Notes: generated by a model not told the origin, from the letters alone. A stretch of 63,336 nt of DNA, filler included, from Octopus bimaculoides (GCF_001194135.2; 5 parts of 5 records of this genome joined end to end with filler, not necessarily neighbours in it); one strand, 5' to 3'. Positions 38,121 to 52,170 are shown, counted from the first letter of the whole stretch. Numbers and translations are program-made.

Positions 38121-38291
38121 CATCCTTACTACTGGCATTTTTTACAATATATCCATGTGCCTTTCACAATTTCTACATGTGCAATTGTCTGTCTATATAT
38201 TATCATTTCTGTTCGCACGTCTATCACTCAGTATGTATGTATGTATGTATGTATGTATGTATGTATGCATGTATGTATGCATGATCGTATG

Positions 38292-38343
<52 letters not shown>

Positions 38344-38829
38344 TAGAATGAGGCGAGAGTGTTTGTGTGAGATAGATATAGATTGATAGTTATGTTTATA
38401 CATATAAATGCATATGTATGCTTACATCTATACGAATATATACGAGTATACACATATGTATATACATATGCGTGTATGTGTGTTTGTGTGTATGTGAAAC
38501 CGCTACTATCTAGATGTCTAAATATTTATTTGTTTAATATGTATATTTATTGAGTCAATTTATAACTCCTTATCTATTTCTTTATCTTTATACATTATCA
38601 TCTCTCCGTTACCTTCTTTCTTAATCTATCTCCGCATCTATCTCCATAAATCTTTGTGTACGTCTATATCTTTCATTCTAGTTATCGATCTGCTTATTAT
38701 ATTTTTCCATCGAAGCATACACGCCTCTGTATCAGTATTTCACTGTTTTATAACCAGCAGCATATATATAAACAGAAATATTTTGAACGAATGTTTATAT
38801 GGCTCTATATTTTGTCATTATATTGGCCC

Positions 38830-39480
38830 TGTAGATCAGCTGCAGACAATGTTGACAGAGTTGGACATCTAATGTGCAGCAGTAGACTTTAATAAAACAA
38901 ACTTCCCGAAAACAAAGTATAAGTGATTCAAAACTGTATCCCGTGTCCTAACAGAGATGGAGAACGATAAATCGAGGAGGTAAAGGGGTAAGTCTACTTG
39001 GGGCGGACAGTGAATATACGCCGAGACATAGAGGTTAAAATTGCGAGGAGATTGATGGCCGGATGGAAGGCATTTATCGGAATAAGGGATGTGATCAAAG
39101 CAAGGCTGAGCAAGGCCCCACATGCCGGACTCTTCAATAGCATCGTCATATCTGTGTTGTTACGCGCAACTGAGACGTGGGTTACTACGAAGCGAGAAGA
39201 AAATCGAGTGGCTAGGACAAAAAGGACACCTTCAACAATAAATACTATTGCCCTATTTGACACCCGTCTAGCAATTCAAGACTTTATAGAGCTCTCCAGC
39301 CTTGTAAGGCAGTTCACCTAGGAGAAAGACAATCTAATCCAGAGCCTACAACTTCTGATCTTTGCAACAGCCTTAGTTCGCTCAACCATTATGGTCAGAC
39401 CTCCAAGTCCACAAAAGAGTGAGATCAGATTGTGTGCATCGACACACACTTTAAAACTACTAAGCGCAAGCAGAAGGAGC
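38830..39480 (+). mobile_element. RTE-clade LINE fragment, decayed
   Basis: VYLGRTVNIRRDIEVKIARRLMAGWKAFIGIRDVIK...LFNSIVISVLLRATETWVTTK resembles the post-RT region of RTE elements. Confidence 0.78.
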
Positions 39481-40292
39481 TGCCATGCAGCGCCAACGAT
39501 CGGTTTACATGACAATTTGAGGGCATGCCGCTCTTTCTCATGATCCTCGGACACGAAGAAACTGCCAAATTGTTGCCATCAAAAGCTGCTAAGGTCGGGT
39601 TTTTGTCGCATTAGGCGGCAACAACTTATGAGGCGCCCTACTGCAATAGATGCAACTGGATTTCAGTGGAGTGGAGCAACGTGAAATAAAATGACTTGCC
39701 TTGAGGCCTGGTAGTCGAACCACGACCAGTTGGTAAGTCCAGCAGCCTAAACAATAACCGTTGGTTAGACGGGTAGGCCTATAATGTATACGTAACCAAG
39801 ATTACACCGGTTCCTACGTTAAAGCGACACCAGTTCGTTGCAACGTAATTCATTTATAGATGTACTGGAAGACCTTGAAGTAATTTCCTGCAAGAACACA
39901 GCGCTCACCCAGTCTAAAATTCGAAACCACGACCATGTAACCGTGAGTGCAACTCCATTAGTCCATTAGTCCACGCACATTTATATAATTACATCATGGT
40001 CCAATATATCACCAAACCTAAAATAATATCATTAGTAAATTCATTATCATTTTTTGTTCCACAGCGTAAGAGTAAACATCTCGGTAAACATTTCAAACTT
40101 ATGTATACATATATCTGTATATGCATGTATGTATGTGCGAGTGTATGTTTGGATGTATATATGCATCTCTCTCTTTCTCTCTCTCTCTCTCTNNNNNNNN
40201 NNNNNNNNNNNNNNNNNNNNNNNNNNNNNNNNNNNNTTAATTAATTAANNNNNNNNNNNNNNNNNNNNNNNNNNNNNNNNNNNNNNNNNNNN

Positions 40293-40447
40293 ACTACTAC
40301 TACTACTACTGCTGCTGCTACTACTACTACTATGACTGCTGCAGCTGTACTACTACTACTACTACTACTACTACTTCAACTACTACTACTACTATAACTG
40401 CTGCAGCTGTACTACTACTACTACTACTACTATGACTGCTGCAGCTG

Positions 40448-40480
<33 letters not shown>

Positions 40481-40494
40481 CACTTCTGCTGCTG

Positions 40495-40534
<40 letters not shown>

Positions 40535-40560
40535 ACTACTAACACTGCCGCTGCTGATAC
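40293..40560. repeat. (TAC)n array with a higher-order repeated interruption
   Basis: The block tat(g/a)actgctgcagctgtac recurs at about 40331, 40393 and 40431. Confidence 0.9.
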
Positions 40561-41344
40561 TGTTGCTGCAGTTGCCGCTGCTACCGCGGCTGCATGAAAC
40601 ATCGTTCTCCTCCATGTTATTTTATCCATTTACTTCTTTCTGTATGTCGAAGACATATTCGTTACATTTACCAAAACGATTGATGCTTAAAAATCGAAAT
40701 ATCATATTCATAACGTGTACCACACACATAACATCTGAGATGAGATTTTTTTTTATTTATCATTTATCTATTTATTCATTAATTCATTTATGCATTCACT
40801 TGTTGTTAGTCTTTTATGATATGGGCAATTTCTGTGTTCATTTAGAAAATGTAATTGATTTTTATTAATTTATTATTACATTTTTACTGTGTTTTGTCTT
40901 CAAATATCATAAGCAGTAAGTAATGGCTTCCAATATTGATCACAGTTTGTTTCCTGTTCTGCTTTCTTTCCTTTTCGTAACTTTTCACCTACCAGAATCA
41001 GATTCTAAGAAGAAAACTTAGATAATCAAAGATTATGATTGCTTCATTGCTAAGCAATTAGTTTCGCCGTCATACAAGGAATGACGCTATCCACGGATGT
41101 GCAGACGATCCCTGTAATCAAGTTAATGCTGATATAATGGCGGAATCCATTGTTTAACATAAAGAATACGTCCTTTGTTTTATTTCCGTGCAACGCTTTT
41201 AACTTTCTTTCTCATTTCTCATATAGGGTTTCTTATTTGCTCTTCTTATTAATAATTTTCTTGCATTAAATAAGGTGACTTTTATATCTGCACTTAAAGA
41301 AAAAATGGCCAACACTATCTGTACGTCATGAGTTGAAGTGCTGA

Positions 41345-41377
<33 letters not shown>

Positions 41378-41407
41378 GTATGTATGTATATATGTATGTA
41401 TGTATGT

Positions 41408-41444
<37 letters not shown>

Positions 41445-41740
41445 AAGCGGCGAGCTGGCAGAATGGTTAGCATGCCGGGCGAAATGCTTAACGGTATTTC
41501 GTCTGCCGTTACGTTCTGAGTTCAAATTCCACCGAGGTCGACTTTGCCTTTCATCCTNNNNNNNNNNGCCGTTACGTTCTGAGTTCAAATTCCACCGAGG
41601 TCGACTTTGCCTTTCATCCTTTCAGGGTCGATAAATTAAGTACTAGTTATGCACTGGGGTCGGTGTAATCGACTTAATCCCTGTGTCTGTCCTTGTTTGT
41701 CCCCTCTATGTGTAGCCTCTTGTGGGCAATAAAGAAATAA
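41445..41740 (+). mobile_element. SINE family B, full length (53 bp duplicated across a 10-N gap)
   Basis: Head aagcggcgagctggcagaatggttag, core, and tail ttgtgggcaataaagaaataag. Confidence 0.88.
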
Positions 41741-41756
41741 GATAGATAGATAGATA

Positions 41757-42613
41757 GAGGCTGCGATGTGTAAACTGTTGCTAGTTAATATTTTCAATTT
41801 CAGTCATGCGCATTGTTGATTTCAATTTTGTCAAGTACACATTATGGTAGGATCATTTGAACACCATCTGCGTGAAAAACAGCACCATGATGCAATTCGC
41901 TCTTCCAGAAATTTGGAAACGACATATTCTGCTGCTTGGCATTCGGGCGAGAAGCTCCAATACCAACATTTCAGAGTGTTTGGTTGTGAATGTGAGGACA
42001 TGTACTGAGAGTGATAAAATTCAACATCTTGGTGTTTGGAGTGATCATTAGTGATGGCAACGTTATACCACTATTCATCTTCCCATAGAGCTTCACGCTC
42101 AACACAGTGACCAACATCAAGTGCCTGGAAGAGGTAGTGCTGCTCTAGCTCAAGAGGGTAGTTAATGGAAAACCCTATGTTTGGCAACAGGATCCTACAC
42201 CTTGCCACACAATCAGGAAACCCCATTCATAGATGTCAGACAATTTCTGCAATCACATCACCCCTAAAATCTAGCCACTTAACTCCCCAGACTGCAACCT
42301 CGTTGATTATTATGTGTGGGGCGCAGTTGAGTGACAGACCAGCAAATACCCTTGTAACACCGAAGATGAGCTGAAGGCAAGGATTATGACAGCATTCACC
42401 AACTTAAACAACGAGACCGTCCAGAAGGGTTGCAGGGGATTCCGAGGTCGTTTAGAGACCGTGGCTGAAGTCAAAGGCGATTTTATAGAATAAATTTATT
42501 CTTTAGTATTTCAAGATATTTTTATGTAACTTTGGTAAATATATATGCTAAATTGAGATGTCAATCATATTTAAATTTTTGCGTAATTTAGACGACAATA
42601 TATTCACCGCACC

Positions 42614-42616
<3 letters not shown>
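41757..42616 (+). mobile_element. maT/DD37D-type Tc1/mariner deletion derivative
   Basis: YVWQQD...PLNSPDCNLVDYYVWGAVE...TAFTNL...FRGRLETV. Right TIR gacgacaatatattcaccgcaccctg followed by TA. Spacing between the last two catalytic Asp is consistent with about 37 aa. Confidence 0.85.
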
Positions 42617-42661
<45 letters not shown>

Positions 42662-43310
42662 NNNNNNNNNNNNNNNNNNNNNNNNNNNNNNNNNNNNNNN
42701 NNNNNNNNNNNNNNNNNNNNNNNNNNNNNNNNNNNNNNNNNNNNNNNNNNNNNNNNNNNNNNNNNNNNNNNNNNNNNNNNNNNNNNNNNNNNNNNNNNNN
42801 NNNNNNNNNNNNNNNNNNNNNNNNNNNNNNNNNNNNNNNNNNNNNNNNNNNNNNNNNNNNNNNNNNNNNNNNNNNNNNNNNNNNNNNNNNNNNNNNNNNN
42901 NNNNNNNNNNNNNNNNNNNNNNNNNNNNNNNNNNNNNNNNNNNNNNNNNNNNNNNNNNNNNNNNNNNNNNNNNNNNNNNNNNNNNNNNNNNNNNNNNNNN
43001 NNNNNNNNNNNNNNNNNNNNNNNNNNNNNNNNNNNNNNNNNNNNNNNNNNNNNNNNNNNNNNNNNNNNNNNNNNNNNNNNNNNNNNNNNNNNNNNNNNNN
43101 NNNNNNNNNNNNNNNNNNNNNNNNNNNNNNNNNNNNNNNNNNNNNNNNNNNNNNNNNNNNNNNNNNNNNNNNNNNNNNNNNNNNNNNNNNNNNNNNNNNN
43201 NNNNNNNNNNNNNNNNNNNNNNNNNNNNNNNNNNNNNNNNNNNNNNNNNNNNNNNNNNNNNNNNNNNNNNNNNNNNNNNNNNNNNNNNNNNNNNNNNNNN
43301 NNNNNNNNNN

Positions 43311-43346
<36 letters not shown>

Positions 43347-43669
43347 GTATCTGTCTGTCTGTCTCTCTCTGTATACACGCACATATATATGCATGTACAC
43401 GCATACGCATTGACACATATATACACACACACATATACGCTGTTACATGCAGACATTTACATATAGATATAAAAATTATTAAAGACTGTGAAAATGTGTA
43501 AAGAAGACAAAGAAGTAGAAGACCTAATTGGCTGGCATCTGCTGCCTTTACTCAAAGTTTTATGAATGATTGATCTATGAGACAGCCATGTTGATTATAG
43601 ACCACATTAGCCGTCTGATTGATGAGACAATAGTGAAACTTTTAGTAATAACAAATGAAATCAACGTAA

Positions 43670-43743
<74 letters not shown>

Positions 43744-44015
43744 CCCCTATGAACAAGAAAAAAAACAAAAAAACAAAAAGGCAAAAGAGAGTCACTTACT
43801 GTTATAGTTTCTTCAATGAGAATATTGACCAAGGTTACCGTGATCTTTTCCGTAGGCTTTTCCTTCCACGGCTAAACCTAAACTGTCCTCCCCTCTTTTA
43901 CACGAGAACATTACTNNNNNNNNNNNNNNNNNNNNNNNNNNNNNNNNNNNNNNNNNNNNTTAATTAATTAANNNNNNNNNNNNNNNNNNNNNNNNNNNNN
44001 NNNNNNNNNNNNNNN

Positions 44016-44115
44016 TCTTCTTCTTCTTCTTCTTTTTCTACTACTACTACTCATCATCATGAATAGTAGTAGTTGTAGTAGCAGCAGCAGCAGCAGCAGT
44101 AGCAGCAGCAGAGGT

Positions 44116-44168
<53 letters not shown>

Positions 44169-44245
44169 AAGAAGAAGCAGAAGAAGAAGAAGAAGAAGAA
44201 GAAGAAGAACACCGCCACCACCACCACCAACAACAACAACAAGAA
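44016..44245. repeat. Compound trinucleotide microsatellite (TTC, CTA, CAT, TAG, CAG, AAG, CAC, CAA)
   Basis: Directly visible. Confidence 0.95.
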
Positions 44246-45525
44246 AAGGAAGATGAAAGAAAGAACGAAAGGAAAGAAGATAGAAAGAAAGACGGGTACA
44301 TGGATGAAAAGGAAATAACAAAGATGAAAGAACGGCGAGAAGGAAGTTAATTTATTTCTTGACCAAATACATCATGGTTAGTACTTACCTTCCACTTGTT
44401 TCATCAGTTCTGTACAAATATACTTCCAATGAGGACCTTAGCTTGAATTGAACTCAGGAAAGTAACAACGGAAAACAAATATTAGAAATCATTTTAAAAG
44501 CTATTATACTAATTGTGTCATTCGTTGAAATTCTTATCAACATTCCATAATGAGAAGAATTCATTGTTTACAATGGTCTTATTTTAACTCTAATAACGTT
44601 AAATTGGAAAACTTAATTGCAATGTAGGAAAATGTTGCATTAAACGATTATTGTTGATGTATTGTAATTACTGAAACCTGGATATAACGTTCGTCAATGA
44701 AATCTGGCTTTATCGAAAAGATATTTATGATTAAAATTTAAAATAATCTTTCGTCCTAATTTATGTGATCATGCCTTGCAAAATACTTGTATTCTGAGTA
44801 AAGACACTATAATTATCATGGAAAAAATCCCGATTCCGCTCAATGTATGGTGTGGCAATATATAATTGTCATGCCTTTGTTATATAGCTCACGAATTGAT
44901 GCATTCCTAAACATCCACGAAGATAACTTTAATTTCCTTAAAATTGCATCAATCAATTATACTAATGCGATTATCAGTAAATATCTAATGGAGTTATAGA
45001 TGTCTCAGACAGAAGAAAGTTGTGGAGAAGTTGGGGATTGTATCCAATTTCCTTTCAAAATGATAGAGAATCAAAACTATTGATAAAAGAAATACCAGTA
45101 TATAAAACTACATAAAGATTTCCTTACAAAGAAAATATATAAATAAAATAATTATTTTGAGAGGATTGGAAGTGAGGTTCCTCGATGTTTGTAGACATTG
45201 ATGAACAATGACATGGCGGTGAACTTGTGAGATCAAACGTTCAACAGATTTAGCTAACCCCACCATTCAACTGCGCGTAATAAAGATAAAAGTATTTTCA
45301 CAATGACTCTACTCAAATTATTAATTGTAATAGTACCTCCTTATAAGTAACATGATTAACTAGAATAGCAATTTCCTAAGTGTCTTATATGCAGTGCATT
45401 ACAAGTAATAGACCAAAAACGTTTTCAGTATTCAGGTTAATATCATGTGTATGTTTGTATTATGTGTGTATGCATGTTTGTGTGTGTATGTAGTTTTGTG
45501 TGTGTGTGTGTATGTGTGTGTAAGT

Positions 45526-45556
<31 letters not shown>

Positions 45557-46719
45557 CCTCTCTGTGTGTCTAAGTGTGTGTGCCTCTGTATCCATGTCGG
45601 CATGTGTGCCACGCATTTTGCTTATATATACGGACATAAACCTGACGTACAGATTATGAGGAAAATAGAAAAACTACGATGGACTGTTTAAGCATTACTG
45701 AGTTGTCCAATTAACAAATTCTATGGTCACTACTTTTTTTTTGTGCAAGTATTCTGGCAAGTTATCTTACACCTACACATTCTCAAGTGTCTGTAGAAAC
45801 CTAAAGTAAATTGAATTTAACGCCTCTCAACCAGGAATGAAAACAGTATCGGTGATTGAGCAATTCATCATATCACTAAATGTCATAAAATTATAAAAAT
45901 CTTCTACGAATGTCTCAGGAATCAAAAGTGTTACTATTGAAAAATCAAAAGGACTATGATAGGTGTGTGAGTCGGTCAAAATATGGTTACACTAATGGTG
46001 CACAATAAAGCTAACTTGCAAAGAAAATCTTGATAAAAATGGTGAAGACAATTTTTCATGTAGTTTCCATACGTTTCAATTTACGCAATCAATAAATGAA
46101 AATATATGTCTTGAGATGTTTCATCAAAGCGTGTAATTCGTTCAACGGGTGCAATAAAATTTATATAATCTTTCGTCACCGCTTTTATTGATGTTTATGT
46201 CAAATGTGTTGTTCCATTATGTACTGGATCTTGATGGCCATTCAAAACTATGTAATTTTCTGACACTGATTCACATTTGAATAATGCGTTAAATGTAACT
46301 TTATGATATATTTACATAGTTGATTTCTGGCTGTATATAATCTTCAGTTATGTTGTTTGGTCCACGCGCTTCAATATCTGTTCTCAGTATTCATTTCCCT
46401 GGACTTGTGTCTTCTAAATTGTCATAAATTTAATATTGTCATAAATTTAAGATTTGTTTTTAATTACTAATGAATACGTAAATTTATTTTTCACTAAACT
46501 GGCATAAAATTACATCGATAATCATAATTTATGGTATTCCTCATGGCAATTACACTGTCTTTAAGTATGTTCACATTTTTTTAGTCTAATACCAGGGCTG
46601 AACTGTATGTAATGAAAGGGTGGGAATATCTATTATCTTAAGTGTAAATATCTATTACGTTAAGCGCACGTTGATAGAGTAACTCTTCATTTACAGTAAC
46701 AGTACTTTCTTACCGTCTT

Positions 46720-47780
46720 CATTTGAGTCCATTAAATGTTTCCATACAGCAACATGCTGTAATTGAGTTCTGGAGTCCGGCAGGTTACCAGACCTCACTA
46801 ATGTCTACAGAGGTTTCCAGGTCATGTTTTGAAAAGAAATAGTGACAACCGCAGTATGAACAGAGAAATTAAGAAATCGCAATTAGGTGAGACTGGTATT
46901 GAGGAATATCTGCACAAAAGTAGATTTTCAAGTGAAACCACATACACTAATTGATAGCGAGTGGATGATTTGATTCACTTTGATTACTGAAAAAAAAAAT
47001 GTGATCTGCATTAGACCACCGGTCTGTGGTAAATTTCCATTCTAGAAAATCATGAAAGATTTGGGTACCAGAAAGTGTTTGTAAAGTAGGTTAGACTCTA
47101 ATTCATCCGTGTTTCGAAGTAAAGAAGTGCGAAAGACTATCTCATCAGCTGGAATCTTCTGACGCCAATTGAAATAACTTTTTTCCCGTTTTATCTGGTG
47201 ACAGCTGATGAAACGTGAGCGTGTGTTTATGATCTGAAAACAATGCCATACTTCTCCATGACCTAAGAAGTTCCGGCCTAGTGATCGGCACGACTTTTTG
47301 GAACTTTCTTTTACCCTGAATCAGCGAGGGGTATATCAAGACACTCAGAAAGATCAGAGAAGCTATTCAGTGAAAGACACTGAAGAAGAATCTAGAAACG
47401 ATCCGCATAGAGAACGATGTTTTATGTTCATGAAGATTAGGTAATTAACAAATTTGATAGGTCAATGTGTGTCCAGAGTTTGTCCAGCCGGATTGTGTAC
47501 CTTGTGTTAGTCAGCTGTCTCTAACATCTTCGGAGAGAACGATTTGATGATAAAGATGTGGTGAAAACAACTGTAAGGATTTGTGTACAACAGTATACAC
47601 TTAAGTTTTTCGAAGACTATACAGGAATTTAGTTAATCGGTGAAATACGGCAACTATGTTAACACGTACCATTAAGTAGAAGATGAATTATACTAACTAC
47701 TTGTAATGCATAATCCGAATAACGTATGCTAGTTTATAATTTTATTCCAAATTTTGCATTACTTTCTGTAAAACTCCTTA
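46720..47780 (+). mobile_element. Highly decayed mariner transposon
   Basis: Remnants QHAVIEF (N-terminus), KDLGTRK, LVTADET*ACVYD, GERFDDKDVVKTTV; right-TIR-like attactttctgtaaaactcctta. Confidence 0.55.
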
Positions 47781-48774
47781 AAACTCCCTTTAGTTATCTT
47801 CAGAAAGTGACTTGACTTTCATTGAAATTATAGCCTAGCGAAGGTTAAACATATGTTATAACAGAATTTCTATCTTCTCAAGGAGACCGTCAATTAGTTA
47901 ATCCTAGCCGTTAACAATATTGTTTAATCATAATCATATTCATGGAGCATGCAGATGTAACCTAACTACAGAGACGATATGAGATGAAAATGTGACGAAA
48001 TACATCTAACGTTGATGAAACATATAGTTCAGTCGTGATCGAACAGATCTGTGAAAGGAATTGATATATCATTTTTCTAACCACGCATTGAGTAATATAC
48101 TTCAAAATTTGACAAAGTATTGTTTTGTGAATATTTCGATGCAGCTGGCCACAGGTATACTGACCACACACAAGCATCATTTTAATTTTGGTTCCTCTTT
48201 CTATAAGAGAGTAGAATCAAAGACAGCGGTTAATGCGTTTGTACTAAATTACTTCTCAAGGAAGACACATAAAATGAAACTATTTCAAACTTGACAATTC
48301 CGTCCTTTAAGGCCTGTGAATAAATAGTTTTTAGTTGAGGGAATTTTGCATTTTATTCCTAACATGCTGAACAACCCCACCTAGAGAACAGAGGATTTTC
48401 ACTAGATTGTGTATTTTGCGAAAGTTATTGCTATTCTTATTAATCTTATATGTACTCATACTACAATATTATATTTCGGATTGCGAAAGACAATACGCCG
48501 CTTTCAATTACTATATTTCAATTAACATTCTCGTGCAACTAAAGTCTAAAGGATACTTGCAGATCAATATATTAATAGAAGACAATCGCTACTGTCCTAC
48601 ATTACAACAATTCACGGAAAGAATTACATTGAGTTATTGCAGTACAAAATGACATATCGCTTAGTGGAATGCAACAGTCAATTCAATCAACTTCAGTTCA
48701 AACACGTGATTTATTCTCTCATCCTAGAGTTCAAATATCAACACAGAAAATTGAAAACGCATATACATTATCTG

Positions 48775-48947
<173 letters not shown>

Positions 48948-48959
48948 AAATAATACTAA

Positions 48960-49375
48960 TAATAAATCAAACTGACAGGGTAATAGAAGCTAGAAGACCA
49001 TATCTGGTAGTAGTAGATAAAGAGAATAGAAAGTGCCAGATAATTGACGTTACAGTTCCAAATGATGAAAAAAATTAATATGAGAAGTATAGAAAAAAAT
49101 AGCAAAGGAGCAGGACCGAGGGACCGAGCTATTGTATTATAGAGACAATACAATGTGCGAGTAAAATGTATTCCAGTAACTATAGGTGCATTGGGAACTA
49201 TCCCTAAAGATCTGAACAGATAGATACAGGAAATAGGCATGTAGTACAGCTGCAGAAAACAGAGTTATTATGGAGAGCTAGGATACTTTGGAGGATTCTT
49301 GGTATCTAAGGCAATTTGTTGCAGTCTGATGTCAGGATTGTTTCTTTTCCAAAAGTCTAGGCTGTTGAGTGTATA
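48960..49375 (+). mobile_element. R4/Dong-like retrotransposon extreme 3' fragment
   Basis: QTDRVIEARRPYLVVVDKENRKCQIIDVTVPND, CIPVTIGALGTIPKDL, QLQKT..RARIL; same subfamily as 60920-61400. Confidence 0.82.
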
Positions 49376-49522
49376 ATAACAATGATGATGATCATGATGA
49401 TCATGATGGTGGCGGTGGTGGTGGGGTGGTGGTTTGGTGGTGGGTGTTGGTGTTGGTGTGGTGGTGGTGCTGATGATGATGATAAGAACAACAACAACAA
49501 CAACAACAACAACAGCAACAGC

Positions 49523-49559
<37 letters not shown>

Positions 49560-49562
<3 letters not shown>

Positions 49563-50245
49563 CACTGTACAAGCAACTGAAACAAATGAAAATGAAAATA
49601 GGTAGGTAAAGAAATGGATGCACGGACAATTTCATAAGGTTACTGAAGATAAGACAGACAGAGAAATAAGATGGCTGTGTATGACTAAAAGTGATTTAAA
49701 ACCGGAAACATAGGCTCTAATCTGTGCTGCCCAAGGACAAGCACTATGAACAAACTACATAAAATACAGAATAGACAATATTTTGGAAAGTGATAAGTGT
49801 AGAATCTGCAGTCAAAATTGTGTAACCGTATGGCATATTACCAGCCAATGTACGCCACAAGCCCAGAAGGAATATAAGGGACGCCACAACGATATCGCAA
49901 GGCTTGTCCATTGGACACTTTGCATGAAGTATTGACTTGACAGAGAAAAAATTGGTACGACCACAAACCCGAAGGCATCATCGAAAATGATAATGCAAAG
50001 ATCCTGTGGGATTTTATGATTCAGTGCGGCCATGAGATAGAGAATAGGAAGCCAGACATAGTCTTAATTGAGAAAGAGAACAAACTAAGCTGGATCATAT
50101 ATATAGCATGCCCATCTGACAACAAGGTATGCGATAAGGAAGAAATGAAAGTCGATAGATATGACAGGATAGTTTGGGAGGTTAAGCAGTTGTGGTCGAT
50201 GGCAAAAAGATCGTAGTAGTATCAATAATTGTCGGAGCCCTGGGA
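49560..50245 (+). mobile_element. R4/Dong-like retrotransposon 3' fragment (to gap)
   Basis: MHGQFHKV, LICAAQGQAL*TNYIK, CRICSQNCVTVWHITSQC (CCHC), RHNDIARLVHWTLC, KILWDFMIQCGHEIENRKPDIV, IIVGALG. Confidence 0.9.
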
Positions 50246-50597
50246 NNNNNNNNNNNNNNNNNNNNNNNNNNNNNNNNNNNNNNNNNNNNNNNNNNNNNNN
50301 NNNNNNNNNNNNNNNNNNNNNNNNNNNNNNNNNNNNNNNNNNNNNNNNNNNNNNNNNNNNNNNNNNNNNNNNNNNNNNNNNNNNNNNNNNNNNNNNNNNN
50401 NNNNNNNNNNNNNNNNNNNNNNNNNNNNNNNNNNNNNNNNNNNNNNNNNNNNNNNNNNNNNNNNNNNNNNNNNNNNNNNNNNNNNNNNNNNNNNNNNNNN
50501 NNNNNNNNNNNNNNNNNNNNNNNNNNNNNNNNNNNNNNNNNNNNNNNNAATAATAATAATAATAATAACAATAATAATAATGATAATAATAATAAAC

Positions 50598-50640
<43 letters not shown>

Positions 50641-50779
50641 TCTTTTTCGTCTTCTTCTTATTCATCTCTTCTTGTTCTTGTTCTTTTTCTTCTTCCTTTT
50701 CTTGTTCTTCCTCTTCTTCTCCCTTCTCCTTCTCCTTCTTCTCCTTGTTGTTGTTGTTGTTGTTGTTGTTATTCTTATA

Positions 50780-51435
50780 CTTATTATTATTGTATTTGCA
50801 CAGCTTCTAAGCCTGGAGATGTACTACGATGCCAGCTGTTCACTACCAGTGAACTAAGGTACCACCTTAATTTTCGAGCACCATTCGGAGTATTCGAGCG
50901 GTTCCAAGCAGTGCTGTTATCTGCAAGTGTTCATCCTTATTGCAGACCCTATTGGTTCCATGTAATTATCACAACTTTTACTTACTGTTCCCGGGGCTCC
51001 AGCAATTGTTTATATTACCTTTTTCATCGACCATACCTGCTTAACTTCCCAAGCTAACCTGTCATCTATCGAGTTTTCTTTTTTCCTTATCACATAACTT
51101 GTTGTCTTTGAGATATACTATATCTATGATGCAGCATCGTTTGGTTTCTTTCTCAATAACACTATGTCTTGTTTCCTATTCTCTCATGGTCGCAGTGAAT
51201 CATAAAAACCATAGGATCTTTCCAGTATCATTTTCGATGATACCTTCGGGTTTATGCTCGTAACACTTATTTGCTCTCTCAAATCCATACTTGTTACAAA
51301 ATGGGCAATCCTTATTATATTGTCATCACATTGCTTATATTCTTTCTGGGCTAGTGACGCACATTGACTGGTACTATGCCATACGGTTTCGTCATTTTGT
51401 CAACAAATTCTGCACTTATCAATTTCTGATGTGCA
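50780..51435 (-). mobile_element. R4/Dong-like retrotransposon 3' fragment, inverted relative to 49560-50245
   Basis: The reverse complement aligns to 49790-50245 (aaaccgtatggcat, cataaacccgaaggtatcatcgaaaatgat, gggaagttaagcag), continues to LLGTARILRMVLEN* and ends in (AAT/AAC)n. Confidence 0.87.
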
Positions 51436-52009
51436 TATGTACATGCGAACACACGCATAAACATACACGCACGCACACACACGCAAAGACACATATGTAT
51501 ATACATACATGTATATATAATAAATACATACATACATGCATGCATACATACATACATACATACATACATACATACAGGGACCCATGACAGAATATTCGTT
51601 TTGGAAAAGTGATATTCCACTTTGGCAGACTAAAGAACACAAAAAATAGTACAGAAGATGACCCATTTCGGATGCAATGGAAGACGTATTGCCTCAGGCA
51701 TGCTGGTCAGATAAACTTATCGTCTTAACTAATGGAGTTTCGATACAAATTTGGTAAGTTTTATGATCAAAGAAGAAATAATTAGATAAACGAAATAACG
51801 CTGTGGCCGAAATAGGCCAGTTTCTGTATGTTTGTCTGTAACATATAATTTAGCAGTTAAAGTATATATTTAAGGGTGTAAGAAGAATGATAGTTCATGC
51901 TTTTTTTTAAAAAGATATTTATTAGTGCCGTACTTGACCTTTCGAGTGCCAGAAATTTATTGTGCCGTATATGGTAGACAAATACTGTAGGTATTGCAGT
52001 ACTATTCTT

Positions 52010-52170
52010 TTCTACTGTAGGCACAAGGCCCGAAATTTAGGGAGAGTGGGGCTAGTCGATTACGTCGACACCTGTGCGCAACTGGTATTTAATTTATCGA
52101 CCCCGAAAAGATGAAAGGCAAAGTCGACCTCGGGCGAATTTGAACTCATAATGTAAAGACACCCGGCGTG
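52010..52170 (-). mobile_element. SINE family B
   Basis: aggcacaaggcccgaaatttagggagag...atttatcgaccccgaaaagatgaaaggcaaagtcgacctcg. Confidence 0.8.

Noticed and set aside
41505-41620. Exact 53-bp tandem duplication (similar cases near 17828 and 25374)
   Set aside because: The copies flank a 10-N gap, typical of unmerged contig overlaps.
51650-51752. Block ending in a TTG|gtaagt donor (MEDVLPQACWSDKL...)
   Set aside because: All frames from the nearest acceptor contain stops; no supporting partner exon.
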